DNA of 42,125 nucleotides from an uncultured Clostridia bacterium. Its GTDB lineage: Bacteria; Bacillota; Clostridia; Lachnospirales; CAMVHY01. The stretch covers positions 1 to 42,125 of the forward strand of contig CAMKTI010000002.1 of assembly GCA_946415665.1 (NCBI GenBank), given 5' to 3'. The position numbers and the translations under genes were made by a program. Each line of letters starts with the position of its first letter. Position 1 is the stretch's first letter. Under the pieces are notes generated by a model. It saw only the letters and a program-made list of their open reading frames with translations, ran no database searches and was not told the DNA's origin. Below, piece after piece: positions 17,504 through 28,247 of this stretch.

Positions 17504-18130
17504 TTACTTGGAATACAACTCAACTATAAGTGTCATGTTAACATCAGAATCTATCTGCTCACGCTTTGGCTCGCTAACAATACTACCCTTATAATTATCC
17601 TTATTGCAATTTAACCATTCCGGAACGATTCGATCGCCCGTTTCTTCTAAAATCATTTTAAATAATTCTAACGGCTCACCATCGTGCTTAATTTCTATTA
17701 TATCCCCAACTTTAACCAAATAAGACGGAATATTAACTTTACGACCATTAACCAAAATATGATTATGTCTCACTAACTGTCTTGCCTCCGAACGCGACCT
17801 AGCAAATCCCAATCTATAAACAACATTATCCAAGCGTTTTTCCAACAAAATTAATAGATTATCACCAGTTATGCCCTCCATTCCGTCAGCTTCGCGATAA
17901 TAAATTCTAAATTGCCTTTCCAAAACTCCATATACTCTTTTTGCTATTTGCTTTTCTTTTTGTTGAAGTCCATATTCAGACAATTTTACTTTATTTTTAC
18001 CATGTTGTCCCGGCGGATAATTTCTTCTATCAATTGCACACGCCGCACATGAACAGCGTGAGCCTTTTAAAAATAATTTTTTACCTGCTCTTCTGCAAAA
18101 TCTACACTTTGCTCCTATATATTTTGCCAC
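17504..18130 (-). CDS. rpsD: 30S ribosomal protein S4
   Basis: N-terminus is AKYIGAKCRFCRRAGKKLFLKG. Start set to the GTG at 18130, 6 nt after GGAGGG. Confidence 0.95.
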   Translation of the reverse strand: MAKYIGAKCRFCRRAGKKLFLKGSRCSCAACAIDRRNYPPGQHGKNKVKLSEYGLQQKEKQIAKRVYGVLERQFRIYYREADGMEGITGDNLLILLEKRLDNVVYRLGFARSRSEARQLVRHNHILVNGRKVNIPSYLVKVGDIIEIKHDGEPLELFKMILEETGDRIVPEWLNCNKDNYKGSIVSEPKREQIDSDVNMTLIVELYSK

Positions 18131-18158
18131 AATCAACCCTCCATTTATTTATAAATTA

Positions 18159-18560
18159 CTAAACTCTTCTGCGTTTCGGTGGCCTACAACCATTATGTGG
18201 CATAGGTGTCACATCTTTTATAACAGTAACTTCTAATCCACTCACTTGCAATGCTCTAATTGCCGACTCACGTCCACTTCCCGGACCTTTTACAAATACG
18301 ACAATATATTTTACTCCATAATCCGAAACTTTTTTTGCTGCTGCTTCTGCTGCCATTTGTGCGGCATACGGTGTTGATTTTTTCGATCCCTTAAAACCTA
18401 ATTCGCCTGCACTCGCTTGCGCCAAAACATTTCCATGCTCATCCGTAATTGCCACAATCGTATTATTAAAACTGGACTGAATATGCGCCTGTCCATTAAT
18501 AACGGATCTTATTTTACGACGTTTTTTTTTCGTTTGCGCCAATGTCTTTGCTTTTGGCAT
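18159..18560 (-). CDS. rpsK: 30S ribosomal protein S11
   Basis: Contains ...[22 protein letters not shown]...[14 protein letters not shown]...CRPPKRRRV. Confidence 0.96.
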   Translation of the reverse strand: MPKAKTLAQTKKKRRKIRSVINGQAHIQSSFNNTIVAITDEHGNVLAQASAGELGFKGSKKSTPYAAQMAAEAAAKKVSDYGVKYIVVFVKGPGSGRESAIRALQVSGLEVTVIKDVTPMPHNGCRPPKRRRV

Positions 18561-18584
18561 TAATCAATTACACCTCCATTAAAT

Positions 18585-18968
18585 TTATTTTTTCTTATTC
18601 GCTATAGTTCGTCTTGGTCCTTTACGTGTTCTAGCATTAGTCTTTGTTTTTTGACCACGAACTGGAAGCCCTTTTCTGTGGCGAATTCCGCGATAACAAC
18701 CAATTTCGATTAAGCGCTTTATATTAAAAGCAACCTCTGCTCTTAATTCACCTTCAAATTTTTCGCCATGTTCACCAAGCTTATTTATTACATTTCTAAT
18801 TTTTGCAACATCTGCATCGGCTAAATTTTTTACTCTTATATCAGGATCAACATCTGCTTTTTTTAATATCATTTGTGATTTTTTTAGTCCAATTCCATAT
18901 ATATAAGTCAATGCAATTTCAATTCTTTTTTCTTTCGGCAAATCAATATTCAAAATACGCGTTGTCAT
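18585..18968 (-). CDS. rpsM: 30S ribosomal protein S13
   Basis: Contains [10 protein letters not shown]...[29 protein letters not shown]. Confidence 0.96.
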   Translation of the reverse strand: MTTRILNIDLPKEKRIEIALTYIYGIGLKKSQMILKKADVDPDIRVKNLADADVAKIRNVINKLGEHGEKFEGELRAEVAFNIKRLIEIGCYRGIRHRKGLPVRGQKTKTNARTRKGPRRTIANKKK

Positions 18969-19010
18969 TTAATTTAATTTCTCCCTCCCTAAATTAATAA
19001 ATAAAAATCA

Positions 19011-19124
19011 TCAACCTTGTGCTTGTTTATGCTTAGGATTTTCACAAATTACCCTTACCCTTCCTTTGCGTCTTATAATTTTACATTTATCACATATTTT
19101 TTTTACTGAAGGGCGTACTTTCAT
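19011..19124 (-). CDS. rpmJ: 50S ribosomal protein L36 (not in the ORF track)
   Basis: Hand translation gives [48 protein letters not shown] is present. Confidence 0.93.
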   Translation of the reverse strand: MKVRPSVKKICDKCKIIRRKGRVRVICENPKHKQAQG

Positions 19125-19145
19125 AGCAAATCACCCCCAAAAAAA

Positions 19146-19364
19146 TTATTTCTCTCGCCATACAATTCGCCCTTTTGTCAAATCATACGGAGACATTTCA
19201 ACCCGAACTTTATCTCCGGGAAGTATCCTTATAAAATTCATTCTCAAACGACCTGAAATATGTGCAACAATTTTATGGCCATTAGACAATTCTACTATAA
19301 ATTCAGCATTCGGTAATTTTTCCACAACTGTCCCTTCCATTTCTATAACATCACTCTTGGACAA
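19146..19364 (-). CDS. infA: translation initiation factor IF-1
   Basis: Contains [21 protein letters not shown]...[18 protein letters not shown]. Start set to the TTG at 19364, giving the canonical 72 aa. Confidence 0.93.
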   Translation of the reverse strand: MSKSDVIEMEGTVVEKLPNAEFIVELSNGHKIVAHISGRLRMNFIRILPGDKVRVEMSPYDLTKGRIVWREK

Positions 19365-19365
19365 A

Positions 19366-19635
19366 TTACCCACTCTCCCTGCTTTTTATATTTACATAAT
19401 TTTTTATCGCCATTTTTATATCTAAGTCCAAACAGTTTCCTTTCGATATTTTTTTTATAATCTCATCACAAATATAATTCGTAACTTGCACATGCTTTAT
19501 TTTTTTTCTCTTTGGATTTTTAAATAATCTTTTACTGCCGTCGACCAAATATAAATATAAATCATTTTCAGCTATAACAACAAATATTTTTCCTTTGTCA
19601 TGTCCACATTTAGAATAAACTATATGCCCAATCAA
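19366..19635 (-). CDS. KOW-domain RNA-binding protein (conserved map-infA spacer gene of Clostridia)
   Basis: Contains [19 protein letters not shown], which is KOW-like. Sits in the conserved position between map and infA. Confidence 0.7.
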   Translation of the reverse strand: MIGHIVYSKCGHDKGKIFVVIAENDLYLYLVDGSKRLFKNPKRKKIKHVQVTNYICDEIIKKISKGNCLDLDIKMAIKNYVNIKSRESG

Positions 19636-19651
19636 AAAATCACCTTTTTTC

Positions 19652-20401
19652 TCAAACCATCGTCAAAATTTCAGGCTCGCCATCACAAATCAAAATAGTA
19701 TTTTCATAATGTGCCGAACATTTTTTATCAGCTGTTATAACTGTCCAACCGTCATCCAAAGAAATAACACGATCAGTTCCAATATTAACCATAGGCTCTA
19801 TCGCTAAAGTCATGCCGGCACTTAATTTTGGCCCGCGTCTATTTTGCTTATAATTCGGAATCTCAGGTGCTTCGTGCATATTAGTTCCTATGCCATGACC
19901 AACATAATCCTTAACCACAGAAAAACCATTTTTTTCAACATAATCCTGAACTGCTTCAGAAATTTCAAACAAGTGACATCCAGATTTAGCAAATTTAATT
20001 CCCTCAAAAAAACTCTGTCTAGTAACTTCTACTAACTTTTTATTTTCATCACTAGTTTCGCCCAAAATAAATGTCCTTGCAGCATCTCCGTAATAACCGT
20101 CAAAAATCGCCCCAACATCAATACTTACAACATCGCCAGCTTTTAATTTCCTTTCTCCAGGAATTCCGTGTATAACTTCTTCATTTATAGAAATACAAGA
20201 CGATGCAGGATATCCTCTGTAATTTAAAAAACCCGGCACAGCGTTACGAGACCTAATATAATTCTCGATAATTTTATCTAGTTCGCGCGTTGTTATGCCT
20301 ACACAAATATTTTTTTCTGCAACTTCTAAGGCTTTTCCAGTAATTTCTCCGGCCACACGCATTTTTTTAATTTCACTTTCGCTTTTTATTGTTATTGGCA
20401 T
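19652..20401 (-). CDS. map: type I methionine aminopeptidase
   Basis: Contains ...VIHGIPG...GDVVSIDVGA..DGYYGDAARTF...GHGIG..MHE...LAIEPM.... Confidence 0.95.
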   Translation of the reverse strand: MPITIKSESEIKKMRVAGEITGKALEVAEKNICVGITTRELDKIIENYIRSRNAVPGFLNYRGYPASSCISINEEVIHGIPGERKLKAGDVVSIDVGAIFDGYYGDAARTFILGETSDENKKLVEVTRQSFFEGIKFAKSGCHLFEISEAVQDYVEKNGFSVVKDYVGHGIGTNMHEAPEIPNYKQNRRGPKLSAGMTLAIEPMVNIGTDRVISLDDGWTVITADKKCSAHYENTILICDGEPEILTMV

Positions 20402-20424
20402 ACAAAAATCCCTCCAGACTAATT

Positions 20425-21666
20425 TTAACTTAAAAAACCTTTATAATTGCGTACTAATAACTGCGAATCTAATTGCTTTATGATTTCAAGAGCAACGCCT
20501 GTCACGATCAATAAAGTCGTTCCACCAAATCCAACTTTAATTTTAAATACCCATTCAAGAATTACTGGCATAATCGCAACGATTGCGTAAAAAAGTGCTC
20601 CGATCCAAGATAATTTATTAATCGAATTTTGAATATAATCTGAAGTTGGTTTTCCTGGACGAATCCCTGGAATAAAACCGCCGCTCTTTTTTATATTTTC
20701 AGCAATCTCAACCGAATTAACCGTAAACGACGTATAAAAAAACGTAAAGCAAAATATTAAAAATACATAAATAAGCGTTCCCCACGGATTAGTAATATCT
20801 AAAAACTCAACAATTTTTTTTAACTTATCCGAATGCCATATCTGATAAACAGTCGCAGGAAATTGCATCAATGAAATCGCAAAAATTATCGACATTACTC
20901 CAGCAATATTTATCTTAATCGGAATATAAGAATCTTTGGCGCTAAACACCCCTACCGTTTTTTTTGAATACTGAACCAAAATTCTTCTTTCTCCATCTTG
21001 CACCCAAATAACAAACGCCATAACAATTATAAATAACAGTATCAGTGATCCAATTTTAATCCAAGAATAAATATCACTATCATTTTGGGGATATAAATTC
21101 ATAATTCCATTTGGCAATCCAGATAAAATATTTGCAAAAATAATAAACGAAGATCCGTTTCCCATTCCATATTCATTCAACATTTCGCCAAGCCACATAA
21201 CAAATATCGAACCTGTTACTAAAGCAATTAAAGCAACGGCATAAACAAAAAAGTTTTGGTAAATAAACAAGCCTTTTAACATATAAATATATCCAGCGCC
21301 CTGCATCAACGACAATAAAATTGCCATTAACCTTGTATACTGATCAATTTTTTTTCTGCCTTCTTTACCATCTTTTTTTAATTGCTCCAAACTTGGAATC
21401 GCAACTGTTAATAATTGCAAAATTATCGACGCGGTTATATACGGACCAATTCCTAAAGCAAAAATTGACGCATAACCTCCACCGGATATAATCGCAAACA
21501 ACGACTGTTTCGAAGCTGCCTTAAACAAACTTATTAACTTTAAATTTAAAGCCGGCAAATAAATATGTGCCCCAAGCCTGTAAACTAAAAGCGCAATAAA
21601 AATATTAAATAATTTCCTGCGTACATCTTTTAATTTTAAAGCTTTGGCAAAAGTTTTAAAAAACAT
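20425..21666 (-). CDS. secY: preprotein translocase subunit SecY
   Basis: Multi-TM protein with SIFALGIGPYITASIILQLL and other SecY signatures. Its start overlaps the rplO stop (TAATG). Confidence 0.95.
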   Translation of the reverse strand: MFFKTFAKALKLKDVRRKLFNIFIALLVYRLGAHIYLPALNLKLISLFKAASKQSLFAIISGGGYASIFALGIGPYITASIILQLLTVAIPSLEQLKKDGKEGRKKIDQYTRLMAILLSLMQGAGYIYMLKGLFIYQNFFVYAVALIALVTGSIFVMWLGEMLNEYGMGNGSSFIIFANILSGLPNGIMNLYPQNDSDIYSWIKIGSLILLFIIVMAFVIWVQDGERRILVQYSKKTVGVFSAKDSYIPIKINIAGVMSIIFAISLMQFPATVYQIWHSDKLKKIVEFLDITNPWGTLIYVFLIFCFTFFYTSFTVNSVEIAENIKKSGGFIPGIRPGKPTSDYIQNSINKLSWIGALFYAIVAIMPVILEWVFKIKVGFGGTTLLIVTGVALEIIKQLDSQLLVRNYKGFLS

Positions 21667-22121
21667 TAAACCACCTCTGCTTTTCCACCCGAAGCTTCAA
21701 TTTTTTCTTTGGCCGACTTACTAAAAGCATTTGCCTTAATAAAAATTTTTTTATTAAAATCGCCGTTAGCCAAAACTTTAAAACCATCATATTTTTTACT
21801 AAAAATACCTTTTGATTTTAATACCTCAAAATCAACATTTGCTCCATCATCAAATAATTTATTTACTAAGCCTAAATTTATAATCAAAATTATTTTCTTA
21901 TTTCTATTTTTAAAACCCCGTTTAGGAACTCTTCTAAACTGTGGCATCTGTCCACCTTCAAAACCTAATCTTACACCGCCACCGCTTCTTGCATTTTGAC
22001 CTTTATGTCCGCGTCCTGCAGTTTTTCCATTTCCTGATCCGTGTCCACGTCCTTTACGAAAAGATTTCCGTTTACTCTTGGGATTTACAACCAAATTACC
22101 AATCCTAATTATACTTTTCAT
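21666..22121 (-). CDS. rplO: 50S ribosomal protein L15
   Basis: Contains [25 protein letters not shown]. Confidence 0.95.
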   Translation of the reverse strand: MKSIIRIGNLVVNPKSKRKSFRKGRGHGSGNGKTAGRGHKGQNARSGGGVRLGFEGGQMPQFRRVPKRGFKNRNKKIILIINLGLVNKLFDDGANVDFEVLKSKGIFSKKYDGFKVLANGDFNKKIFIKANAFSKSAKEKIEASGGKAEVV

Positions 22122-22235
22122 CTAATCTCACCTCTCAATATTTATTTTTAGCTTTTCAAATTTTTTTCAACACATTAGCTATCGATTTATTATTCTTTTC
22201 CACTTGCTACTCTTCACAATCAACCAAAACTATTC
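22122..22235 (-). pseudogene. rpmD: possible decayed remnant of rpmD (L30) in the rpsE-rplO spacer
   Basis: The spacer is only 114 bp. Hand translation gives LIVKSSKWKRIINR* in one frame and QVEKNNKSIANVLKKI* in another. These weakly resemble the L30 segments I.LVKS.IG and ....T...LGLKKI. Confidence 0.3.
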
Positions 22236-22868
22236 TTAATCTTCATTTTTTTTCGTGTGTAATTTTAATATATCTTCTGGTGATTTCAAATTCTTAAACG
22301 CTTCGATTACAGCTTTCGTAATATTATGCTTATTTCTCGAACCAATCGATTTGCTTCTAACATTTTTTATTCCAGCAAGTTCCATAATAATTCTCACAGG
22401 ACCACCAGCAATAATACCAGTACCTTCTTTCGCTGGCTTTATTAATACACGTGAAGCACCAAATTTTCCAATAATCTCATGATAAATACTTTCGTTATCA
22501 TTCATTTTCACAAAAACCAAATTTTTTTTAGCATTACCCGTTGCTTTACGAACCGCTTCACTTACTTCAGAAGCTTTTCCTGAACCTAATCCAATATAAC
22601 CTTTTCCATCTCCGACAGCAACAAGCGCAGCAAATCTAAAGATTCGTCCACCTTTTACAACTTTCGTAACGCGATTAACAAAAATTACTTTATCTTTAAG
22701 TTCAAGCTCATTTATAAATGCAAATTTTTTTCCCAAGAACTCAATTTTTTTCTTTTCATTTCTGCGTTCTCGTTCTCTATCTCGTTCTCTCTTTTGTCTG
22801 TTATTTCCAAATCTTGACCTTTTATCATTTCTATTTTTTTGCATCGCATTCATATTTTCTTTTCCCAA
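22236..22868 (-). CDS. rpsE: 30S ribosomal protein S5 (with Arg/Glu/Lys-rich N-terminal extension)
   Basis: Contains VNRVTKVVKGGRIFRFAALVAVGDGKGYIGLGSGKA. Confidence 0.95.
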   Translation of the reverse strand: MGKENMNAMQKNRNDKRSRFGNNRQKRERDRERERRNEKKKIEFLGKKFAFINELELKDKVIFVNRVTKVVKGGRIFRFAALVAVGDGKGYIGLGSGKASEVSEAVRKATGNAKKNLVFVKMNDNESIYHEIIGKFGASRVLIKPAKEGTGIIAGGPVRIIMELAGIKNVRSKSIGSRNKHNITKAVIEAFKNLKSPEDILKLHTKKNED

Positions 22869-22903
22869 AACTTTTCCTCCTCTATTAATTATTTATTTTA
22901 CTC

Positions 22904-23260
22904 TTAAAAAATTACTCCAACACTTCTCATAGCATCAGCAAATGCTTCAACTCGTCCGTGATACTTATAGCCACTTCTGTCAAAAACTATTCTTTTTATA
23001 CCTTTTTCTAATATCCGCTTGCCGAGTATTTCACCCAAAAGTTTTGCTGCCTCTAGATTCTTTTTATTATCGCAATCAAAATTTTTTTCAAAACTCGATG
23101 CCGAAACAATAGTCACACCCTTCATATCATCTATTACTTGCGCATAAATATATTTATTCGACATAAACATACAAGCTCTCGGCTGCTCTGGCTTGCCAAA
23201 TACTCTCGATCTTAAGTGACGCTTTAATCTTAATTCTTTTTTCGTCTTTGTCTTTATCAT
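22904..23260 (-). CDS. rplR: 50S ribosomal protein L18
   Basis: Contains ...RLKRHLRSR...YAQVIDD...FDRSGYKYHGRVEAFADAMR. Confidence 0.95.
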   Translation of the reverse strand: MIKTKTKKELRLKRHLRSRVFGKPEQPRACMFMSNKYIYAQVIDDMKGVTIVSASSFEKNFDCDNKKNLEAAKLLGEILGKRILEKGIKRIVFDRSGYKYHGRVEAFADAMRSVGVIF

Positions 23261-23302
23261 AATTAATTATAAACCCCTCCTATTTATATTCTTAGCAAAA
23301 AT

Positions 23303-23845
23303 TTATTTTTTGCCTGTCTTTCCCACTTTACGCCGTACTTTTTCTCCAAGATATCTTATTCCTTTTCCCTTATACGGCTCAGGTGGCTTCTTTGCTCTTA
23401 TATTCGCAGCATACTGTCCAACAGCTTCTTTATCAATTCCAGACACAATAATTTTATCTCCATCAACAGCAGTTTTGATTTCATCATTATCAAACATTAA
23501 TACCGGGTGTGCATATCCTAAACTAAGAGTTAATTTATTCCCGGCCTTAGCTGCTCTATACCCAACACCTTTAATTTCTAACGTTTTACTAAACCCTTGG
23601 GTAACTCCCGTAATCATATTACTAATTAGAGTTCTGCTTAATCCGTGTAAAGCTCTTGCTTCTTTCGAATTATCACAACGTTCAACTATAACTTCGCCAT
23701 TTTCTATTCTAACCTTTATTCTCATGCTAAATTTTTTTTCTAGTTTGCCTTTGGGTCCCTCTACAACAATAAAATTATTTTCTTCACTTTTTATTAATTT
23801 AACATTTTGGGGAACACTTATTTTTCGCTTGCCTATTCTTGACAA
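23303..23845 (-). CDS. rplF: 50S ribosomal protein L6
   Basis: Contains MSRIGKRKISVPQNV...EIKGVGYRA...PEPYKGKGIRY. Confidence 0.96.
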   Translation of the reverse strand: MSRIGKRKISVPQNVKLIKSEENNFIVVEGPKGKLEKKFSMRIKVRIENGEVIVERCDNSKEARALHGLSRTLISNMITGVTQGFSKTLEIKGVGYRAAKAGNKLTLSLGYAHPVLMFDNDEIKTAVDGDKIIVSGIDKEAVGQYAANIRAKKPPEPYKGKGIRYLGEKVRRKVGKTGKK

Positions 23846-23877
23846 ATTTTCTCACCTCCAAATTTAAAGACAATTCA

Positions 23878-24264
23878 TTACCAAACAAACGCCAAAACTT
23901 CTCCGCCGATCTTTAACTTGCGCGCCTGTTTATCCGTGATAATTCCCTGATTGCTAGAAATAATAGCAATACCCAAACCGTTTAAAACTTTTGGCAATTT
24001 ATCGTACCCTGAATATACTCTTAATCCAGGCTTCGAAATTCTTTTTAAACCATTTATAACTTTCATATCATCTCTTAAATAAATGCGAATAATTTTAGCA
24101 ACACTATCCCCAATAACTTCATATTTATCTATATAACCTTCATTACATAAAAGTTTCGCGATATTAATCTTAACATTAGACGCTGGGATATCAACACTTT
24201 TATGTCTTCGTTTATTTGCATTTCTAATCCTAGTCAACATATCCGCAATTGGATCAGTATCCAT
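23878..24264 (-). CDS. rpsH: 30S ribosomal protein S8
   Basis: Contains [13 protein letters not shown]...GGEVLAFVW. Confidence 0.96.
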   Translation of the reverse strand: MDTDPIADMLTRIRNANKRRHKSVDIPASNVKINIAKLLCNEGYIDKYEVIGDSVAKIIRIYLRDDMKVINGLKRISKPGLRVYSGYDKLPKVLNGLGIAIISSNQGIITDKQARKLKIGGEVLAFVW

Positions 24265-24287
24265 AATATAAGCCTCCTATTTTAAAT

Positions 24288-24473
24288 TTACCAACTTGCT
24301 TTTTTCACTCCTGGAATTTGTCCGTGATATGCTAATTTCCTAAAACATATACGACAAATACCAAATTTTTTTAAAACCGCATGCGGACGTCCACAAATAT
24401 TACATCTTGTATACGCTCTCGTAGAAAATTTAGGCTCTCTTTTTTGCTTAGCTATCATCGATTTCTTAGCCAT
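24288..24473 (-). CDS. rpsZ: 30S ribosomal protein S14, type Z (zinc form)
   Basis: 61 aa with CNICGRPH...CRICFR zinc knuckles. Confidence 0.95.
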   Translation of the reverse strand: MAKKSMIAKQKREPKFSTRAYTRCNICGRPHAVLKKFGICRICFRKLAYHGQIPGVKKASW

Positions 24474-24508
24474 TGCAACCTCCCATTTAAATATTTTTCT
24501 TTAATCTA

Positions 24509-25054
24509 TTAATTTTTTTTAAAAGGCATACCATACAAACTTAATAATTCTTTTGCTTCCAAATCATTTTTCGCTGTCGTTACAATAACTATATTCATAC
24601 CGCGAATTTTATCTATTTTATCATATTCAATTTCAGGAAAAATCAATTGCTCTTTTATCCCAATCGAATAATTTCCTCGTCCGTCAAAAGAATTTGCACT
24701 TACACCATGAAAATCACGTACACGTGCTAAACTTACGTTAATCAATTTATCAAGAAAATAAAGCATTTTTTTGCCTCTGAGCGTAACTTTACAACCTAAT
24801 TTCATTCCTTTGCGCAACTTAAAAGTCGCAATAGATTTTTTAGCCATCGTAAAAATTGCTTTCTGCCCAGTAATTAATAATAAATCTCGCTTTGCATTTT
24901 CAAGTGCTTTCGAAATATCTTTTTCTGCCGTACTCATTCCAATATTTAAAATAACTTTAACTAACTTTGGCACCTGCATTTTATTTTTATATTTAAATTT
25001 CGATATCATACCGGGCACAATTTTTTCAACATAAACATCATGAGATACACTCAC
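24509..25054 (-). CDS. rplE: 50S ribosomal protein L5
   Basis: Contains [14 protein letters not shown]...[20 protein letters not shown]. Confidence 0.95.
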   Translation of the reverse strand: MSVSHDVYVEKIVPGMISKFKYKNKMQVPKLVKVILNIGMSTAEKDISKALENAKRDLLLITGQKAIFTMAKKSIATFKLRKGMKLGCKVTLRGKKMLYFLDKLINVSLARVRDFHGVSANSFDGRGNYSIGIKEQLIFPEIEYDKIDKIRGMNIVIVTTAKNDLEAKELLSLYGMPFKKN

Positions 25055-25086
25055 TCAAAATTACACCTCCTTGCTCAAAAATAATC

Positions 25087-25452
25087 CTAATCTATAACTT
25101 CGCCAGTCTTTCTGGCTATTCTTTTTTTTATTACAACTTTTTTTCCATTCTCTTCTTTTATCTCAATCTTATAACCAATTTTCGTTACAACTCCGTTATG
25201 CAAATACATAACATTCGAAACATCAATCGGAAATTCTTTTTTTATCAGTCCGCCCGGGTTTATTCCATTCGACTTTTTACTCATAGTTTTTATATTAACT
25301 TGCTCAACAATAACAGTTCCATTTTTTCGATTTACCAATAAAATTTTTCCTTCTTTACCCTTATCTTTTCCAGCGACAACTCTAACTAAATCGCCTTTTT
25401 TCAATTTTATTTTATAATCTATTTTTATTTTTTTTCTTCTGTGTCTTAGCAA
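25087..25452 (-). CDS. rplX: 50S ribosomal protein L24
   Basis: KKGDLVRVVAGKDKGKEGKI KOW motif. Start set to the TTG at 25452, 9 nt after GGAGG. Confidence 0.9.
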   Translation of the reverse strand: MLRHRRKKIKIDYKIKLKKGDLVRVVAGKDKGKEGKILLVNRKNGTVIVEQVNIKTMSKKSNGINPGGLIKKEFPIDVSNVMYLHNGVVTKIGYKIEIKEENGKKVVIKKRIARKTGEVID

Positions 25453-25497
25453 TAAAAAACACCTCCACAAAAATCTTCTTTATAATATATCTGTCTT

Positions 25498-25869
25498 TTA
25501 TAAAACTTCCGGAGCCAAAGAAATTATTTTTAAAAATCCACACTCTCTTAATTCGCGTGCAACCGGACCAAAAATTCTAGTTCCTCTAGGATTTTTATCT
25601 TCTTTTTTTATTATCACAGCGGCATTTTCATCAAATCTTATAAACGAACCATCATCACGACAAATTTCTCTTGTTGTTCTAACTATCACTGCTGCTACAA
25701 CATCTTTCTTTTTTACCATTCCGCCAGGAATCGCATCTTTTACAGTCGCAATAATAATATCTCCAACTCCTGCATATCTTCTTTTTGTTCCACCTAAGAC
25801 GCCTATACACAATAATTCACGCGCTCCTGAATTATCTGCAACTTTTAATCTTGTCTCGTGCTGTATCAA
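25498..25869 (-). CDS. rplN: 50S ribosomal protein L14
   Basis: Begins [22 protein letters not shown]. Confidence 0.97.
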   Translation of the reverse strand: MIQHETRLKVADNSGARELLCIGVLGGTKRRYAGVGDIIIATVKDAIPGGMVKKKDVVAAVIVRTTREICRDDGSFIRFDENAAVIIKKEDKNPRGTRIFGPVARELRECGFLKIISLAPEVL

Positions 25870-25896
25870 AATATCATCTCCTTTTATTTTAACTAA

Positions 25897-26175
25897 TCAT
25901 TCATTCTTTTTTAAAATCTCCGTCAATCTCCAACGTTTTCTTTTAGACAATGGTCGTGTTTCCATAATTCTGACAAAATAACCGTTTTTGCATTCATTAT
26001 TTTCATCATGAATCATAAATTTTTTGCTACGAGTTATAATTTTTCCGTAAACAGGATGTTTAACTCTATAGCTTACTTTTACAACGGCTGTTTTATCTGT
26101 CTTATCACTAACGACAACGCCCTCAAGAACTTTTTTCATGTTTTTTTTTCTTTTTACCAATTCAGATTCAGACAT
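25897..26175 (-). CDS. rpsQ: 30S ribosomal protein S17
   Basis: Contains [16 protein letters not shown]...[23 protein letters not shown]. Start set to the ATG at 26175, 8 nt after AGGAG. Confidence 0.94.
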   Translation of the reverse strand: MSESELVKRKKNMKKVLEGVVVSDKTDKTAVVKVSYRVKHPVYGKIITRSKKFMIHDENNECKNGYFVRIMETRPLSKRKRWRLTEILKKNE

Positions 26176-26192
26176 TTTATTCACTCCTTTTT

Positions 26193-26405
26193 TTATTCTT
26201 CGGCTTTTCTTTGTTTTTGAGTAATAAGAGTCTGTATTCTCGCAATATTTTTCCTAACCATTTTAATTTCGCTTGTATTTTTTAACTGATTAGTTGCCTG
26301 TTGAAAACGCAAATTAAACAATCTTTTTTTCATATCAACAAGTTCTATCTTTAATTCATCAATAGACTTTTGATTTAAACTCTTTACATATTCTTTAACT
26401 CTCAT
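26193..26405 (-). CDS. rpmC: 50S ribosomal protein L29
   Basis: Contains [31 protein letters not shown]. Start set to the ATG at 26405, preceded by AGGTGA. Confidence 0.93.
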   Translation of the reverse strand: MRVKEYVKSLNQKSIDELKIELVDMKKRLFNLRFQQATNQLKNTSEIKMVRKNIARIQTLITQKQRKAEE

Positions 26406-26829
26406 TACGCTCACCTTCCTGTTCATTGCGCGAAACTATTTTGCATTTCAAAGGCAATTTATGAATAGCAAGCCTCAATGCCTCACGAGCAACTTCTTCA
26501 GAAACTCCTCCAACTTCAAACATAACTCTTCCAGGTTTTACAACAGCTACCCAAAATTCCGTTGCACCTTTACCGCTACCCATACGAACTTCCGCCGGTT
26601 TTTTAGTCACAGGTTTATCCGGAAAAATAGTAATCCAAACAACTCCACCACGTTTCATATATCTAGTCATAGCTATACGAGCGGCTTCTATTTGATTCGA
26701 TTTAACCCAATGTGGCTCGCAAGCAACAATTGCATATTCACCATGAACTATTTTATTACCGCGTGTTGCTCTGCCTTTCATGCGACCTCTAAATTGCTTT
26801 CTATACTTAGTTCTTTTTGGTATTAACAT
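26395..26829 (-). CDS. rplP: 50S ribosomal protein L16
   Basis: Canonical N-terminus [19 protein letters not shown]. Start set to the ATG at 26829, preceded by GGGGGAG. Confidence 0.95.
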   Translation of the reverse strand: MLIPKRTKYRKQFRGRMKGRATRGNKIVHGEYAIVACEPHWVKSNQIEAARIAMTRYMKRGGVVWITIFPDKPVTKKPAEVRMGSGKGATEFWVAVVKPGRVMFEVGGVSEEVAREALRLAIHKLPLKCKIVSRNEQEGERNES

Positions 26830-27487
26830 TTTTATCTTCTCCCCCTTGTTTTTTATCAGGAAGAATTTCACCTTTATATATCCAAACTTTTACGCCGATT
26901 TTCCCATAAGTCGTGTTTGCTTCGGCAAATCCATAATCTATATCGGCTCTTAAAGTCTGCAACGGAATCATTCCTTCATTACAATGCTCAACACGTGCCA
27001 TATCTGCTCCGCCAAGACGTCCGGATACACAAATTTTTATTCCTTTAACTCTTATCGATTTTAATGCGCGATTAATCGATTGCTTCATTGCTTTTCTAAA
27101 AGCGATTCTGGCTTCTAATTGCTTTGCAACTTCTTCGGCAACTAATTGCGCACACGAATCATAATTTTTTATTTCTTTAATCTCAATCGAAAGCTTTTGC
27201 TCAGAAAACGTTTGCAATTTTTCAGTTAATTTAGCTATCGCTTGCCCGCTTTTTCCAATAATAACACCAGGTCTTGATGCAAAAATAACAACACGAACAC
27301 GATTGCTCGAACGATATATTTTTATATTTCCTATTCCTGCGCCATACAGCTTATCTTTTATAAACTTTCTTATCTTATAATCTTCTAATAAATATTTGGG
27401 AAACATTTTTTTATCAGCAACCCAAACCGAACCCCAATCTCTTATAAATCCAACACGCATCCCATAGGGGTGTACTTTTTGTCCCAT
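26807..27487 (-). CDS. rpsC: 30S ribosomal protein S3
   Basis: Contains [13 protein letters not shown]...[17 protein letters not shown]. Confidence 0.96.
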   Translation of the reverse strand: MGQKVHPYGMRVGFIRDWGSVWVADKKMFPKYLLEDYKIRKFIKDKLYGAGIGNIKIYRSSNRVRVVIFASRPGVIIGKSGQAIAKLTEKLQTFSEQKLSIEIKEIKNYDSCAQLVAEEVAKQLEARIAFRKAMKQSINRALKSIRVKGIKICVSGRLGGADMARVEHCNEGMIPLQTLRADIDYGFAEANTTYGKIGVKVWIYKGEILPDKKQGGEDKNVNTKKN

Positions 27488-27489
27488 GT

Positions 27490-27891
27490 TTAACCTCCTG
27501 TTTTTTCATTCAAAACTAACGTAATATGACAAAATCTTTTTTTTATTCCATATGCTCTGCCTTTAGCTCTTGGTCTTATTCTTCGCAAAATATTTGCTCG
27601 ACCAGCATATGCTTCTTCTATAAATAATTTTTTTGGCTCTAAATTTAAATTATTTTCTGCATTTGCCATCGCCGACTTTAAAACTTTTAATATCACTTTA
27701 GAAGCATGATGCGTAGAATAATCTAATAAAGCACAGGCATACATAACATCACAATTTTTTATTTGTCTTAATATAACTCCTGCTTTCGACGCCGAAATCG
27801 AAACAAATTTTACGCTTGCTTTCGGACGCATATCCAATCTTGCATTTCTCAGGCGCTTTTGCTGACTGCGACTTATATAATCCTCTTGCAT
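27490..27891 (-). CDS. rplV: 50S ribosomal protein L22
   Basis: Contains ...[24 protein letters not shown]. Operon position fits. Confidence 0.93.
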   Translation of the reverse strand: MQEDYISRSQQKRLRNARLDMRPKASVKFVSISASKAGVILRQIKNCDVMYACALLDYSTHHASKVILKVLKSAMANAENNLNLEPKKLFIEEAYAGRANILRRIRPRAKGRAYGIKKRFCHITLVLNEKTGG

Positions 27892-27933
27892 ACAATTTTT
27901 CCTCCTTTTGCTTTTTAATTTAATCTCACGATT

Positions 27934-28209
27934 TTACTTTTTATCGTTTTTATTATTTCCACTGTGTCCTTTATAAGTCCGAGTTAAAACAAATTCACCT
28001 AGTTTATGTCCAACCATATCTTCTGTCACATAAACCGGAACATGTTTTCTCCCGTCATAAACAGCAAAAGTATGACCAATAAATCCCGGAAAAATCGTCG
28101 AACGCCTTGACCAAGTTTTTATAACTTCTTTTTTGCCACTTTCATTTAAAGCCTTTACTTTTTTTAATAAATGCTCATCGGCAAACGGTCCTTTCTTTAA
28201 AGATCTCAT
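27934..28209 (-). CDS. rpsS: 30S ribosomal protein S19
   Basis: Contains MRSLKKGPF...[29 protein letters not shown]. Start set to the ATG at 28209, 6 nt after GAGGTG. Confidence 0.95.
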   Translation of the reverse strand: MRSLKKGPFADEHLLKKVKALNESGKKEVIKTWSRRSTIFPGFIGHTFAVYDGRKHVPVYVTEDMVGHKLGEFVLTRTYKGHSGNNKNDKK

Positions 28210-28247
28210 TTTTTTCACCTCGATATTAATAATTACTCTTGGTCAAA

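Noticed and set aside
23310-23867. 185-aa plus-strand ORF antisense to rplF, and many similar 60-140-aa ORFs antisense to ribosomal genes, secY, the 1050-aa gene and the ARH gene
   Set aside because: They overlap confidently identified genes on the opposite strand. They have low-complexity Phe/Leu/Ile/Ser composition typical of antisense frames in AT-rich DNA, and they lack RBSs.
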